DNA of 7,863 nucleotides from a virus (Duplodnaviria; Heunggongvirae; Uroviricota; Caudoviricetes): IMG/VR virus record IMGVR_UViG_2713896897_000001, positions 1 to 7,863 of that record; one strand, 5' to 3'. Shown piece by piece: positions 6,480 to 7,863 of this stretch (position 1 is its first letter; each line of letters starts with the position of its first letter). The notes under the pieces were generated by a model. It saw only the letters and a program-made list of their open reading frames with translations, ran no database searches and was not told where the DNA came from. The position numbers and the translations under genes were made by a program.

Positions 6480-7025
6480 ATGGAAGTCAACAAAAAGCAG
6501 CTGGCTGACATTTTCGGCGCGAGTATCCGTACCATTCAGAACTGGCAGGAGCAGGGAATGCCCGTTCTGCGAGGCGGTGGGAAGGGTAATGAGGTGCTTT
6601 ATGACTCTGCCGCCGTCATAAAATGGTATGCCGAAAGGGATGCTGAAATTGAGAACGAAAAGCTGCGCCGGGAGGTTGAAGAACTGCGACAGGCCAGCGA
6701 GACAGATCTCCAGCCAGGGACTATTGAGTACGAACGCCATCGACTTACGCGTGCGCAGGCCGACGCACAGGAGCTGAAAAATGCCAGAGACTCCGCTGAA
6801 GTGGTGGAAACCGCATTCTGTACTTTCGTGCTGTCGCGGATCGCAGGTGAAATTGCCAGTATTCTCGACGGGATCCCCCTGTCGGTGCAGCGGCGTTTTC
6901 CGGAACTGGAAAACCGACATGTTGATTTCCTGAAACGGGATATCATCAAAGCCATGAACAAAGCAGCCGCGCTGGATGAACTGATACCGGGGGTGCTGAG
7001 TGAATATATCGAACAGTCAGGTTAA
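6480..7025 (+). CDS. Nu1: Terminase small subunit Nu1
   Basis: 181-aa product MEVNKKQLADIFGASIRTIQNWQEQGMPVLRGGGKGNEVLYD... is near-identical to lambda gpNu1 as I recall it, with an N-terminal winged-HTH DNA-binding region. Confidence 0.95.
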   Translation: MEVNKKQLADIFGASIRTIQNWQEQGMPVLRGGGKGNEVLYDSAAVIKWYAERDAEIENEKLRREVEELRQASETDLQPGTIEYERHRLTRAQADAQELKNARDSAEVVETAFCTFVLSRIAGEIASILDGIPLSVQRRFPELENRHVDFLKRDIIKAMNKAAALDELIPGVLSEYIEQSG

Positions 7026-7863
7026 CAGGCTGCGGCATTTTGTCCGCGCCGGGCTTCGTGCCCTGTTCAGGCCGGAGCCACAGACCGCCGTTGAATGGGC
7101 GGATGCCAGTTACTATCTCCCGAAAGAATCCGCATACCAGGAAGGGCGCTGGGAAACACTGCCCTTTCAGCGGGCCATCATGAATGCGATGGGCAGCGAC
7201 TACATCCGTGAGGTGAATGTGGTGAAGTCTGCCCGTGTCGGTTATTCCAAAATGCTGCTGGGTGTTTATGCCTACTTCATAGAGCATAAGCAACGCAACA
7301 CACTTATCTGGTTGCCGACGGATGGTGATGCCGAGAACTTCATGAAAACTCACGTTGAGCCAACCATCCGTGATATTCCGTCGCTGCTGGCGCTGGCTCC
7401 GTGGTATGGCAAAAAGCACCGGGATAACACGCTCACCATGAAGCGTTTCACCAATGGTCGTGGCTTCTGGTGCCTGGGCGGTAAAGCGGCAAAAAACTAC
7501 CGTGAAAAGTCGGTGGATGTGGCGGGTTATGATGAACTTGCTGCCTTTGATGAGGATATTGAACAGGAAGGCTCTCCGACGTTCCTGGGCGATAAGCGTA
7601 TTGAAGGCTCGGTCTGGCCAAAGTCCATCCGTGGCTCCACGCCCAAAGTGAGAGGCACCTGTCAGATTGAGCGTGCAGCCAGTGAATCCCCGCATTTTAT
7701 GCGTTTTCATGTTGCCTGCCCGCACTGCGGGGAGGAGCAGTACCTTAAATTTGGCGATAAAGAGACGCCGTTTGGCCTCAAATGGACGCCGGATGACCCC
7801 TCCAGCGTGTTTTATCTCTGTGAGCATAATGCCTGCGTCATCCGTCAGCAGGAGCTGGACTTT
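7000..7863 (+). CDS. A: Terminase large subunit A, N-terminal 288 codons; 3' end lies outside the window
   Basis: From GTG 7000, overlapping the Nu1 3' end, the frame reads (M)NISNSQVNRLRHFVRAGLRALFRPEPQTAVEWADASYYLPKESAYQEGRWETLPFQRAIMNAMGSDYIREVNVVK..., matching lambda gpA. The frame stays open to the window end (...QQELDF). The track did not list this frame because it lacks an ATG start. Confidence 0.95.
   Translation, partial: MNISNSQVNRLRHFVRAGLRALFRPEPQTAVEWADASYYLPKESAYQEGRWETLPFQRAIMNAMGSDYIREVNVVKSARVGYSKMLLGVYAYFIEHKQRNTLIWLPTDGDAENFMKTHVEPTIRDIPSLLALAPWYGKKHRDNTLTMKRFTNGRGFWCLGGKAAKNYREKSVDVAGYDELAAFDEDIEQEGSPTFLGDKRIEGSVWPKSIRGSTPKVRGTCQIERAASESPHFMRFHVACPHCGEEQYLKFGDKETPFGLKWTPDDPSSVFYLCEHNACVIRQQELDF

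Noticed and set aside
6381..6920. 179-aa and 120-aa minus-strand ORFs (6381..6920, 6599..6961) and the 68-aa + ORF at 6415..6621
   Set aside because: All overlap Nu1, whose + strand product is near-identical to lambda gpNu1, or the cosB inverted repeat. They have no RBS and their translations are low complexity.
7454..7651. 65-aa + strand ORF in an alternative frame within A
   Set aside because: Nested in terminase A in a different frame, with no independent support.
6946..7827. 293-aa minus-strand ORF, the longest in the track
   Set aside because: It is antisense to the lambda terminase A frame, which translates to a near-exact gpA N-terminus from GTG 7000. This is a spurious antisense ORF.
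1..7863. Search for CRISPR arrays, integrase/att sites, IS elements or toxin-antitoxin pairs
   Set aside because: I found no spacer-interleaved direct repeats, transposase-like ORFs, terminal inverted repeats bounding a gene, or adjacent small ORF pairs typical of TA modules. The only repeats are short regulatory-scale motifs, reported separately.

Overview
This window is a lambdoid prophage segment (E. coli/enterobacterial type), with all but one gene on the + strand, running from the nin region across the cos site into the terminase genes. In order: the 3' end of a phage Dam-like N6-adenine methyltransferase, NinE, an inserted two-gene antirepressor-like module (ORF6N-domain protein plus Rha/KilAC protein), NinG, antiterminator Q, a PR'-like late promoter and terminator, two tRNA genes (Asn-GUU, Thr-UGU), a phage-21-type lysis cassette (S21 holin, SAR endolysin, Rz with embedded Rz1), a Rha-family gene, a small minus-strand RHH-like ORF, a lambda-type cos site, Nu1 and the 5' part of terminase A. 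I see no complete, clearly novel system. The parts most worth follow-up are the accessory cargo at three moron positions (nin insertion, tRNAs after Q, Rha/RHH before cos) and several short regulatory-looking motifs. All assignments rest on reading the sequence and recalled family features; no database search was run.
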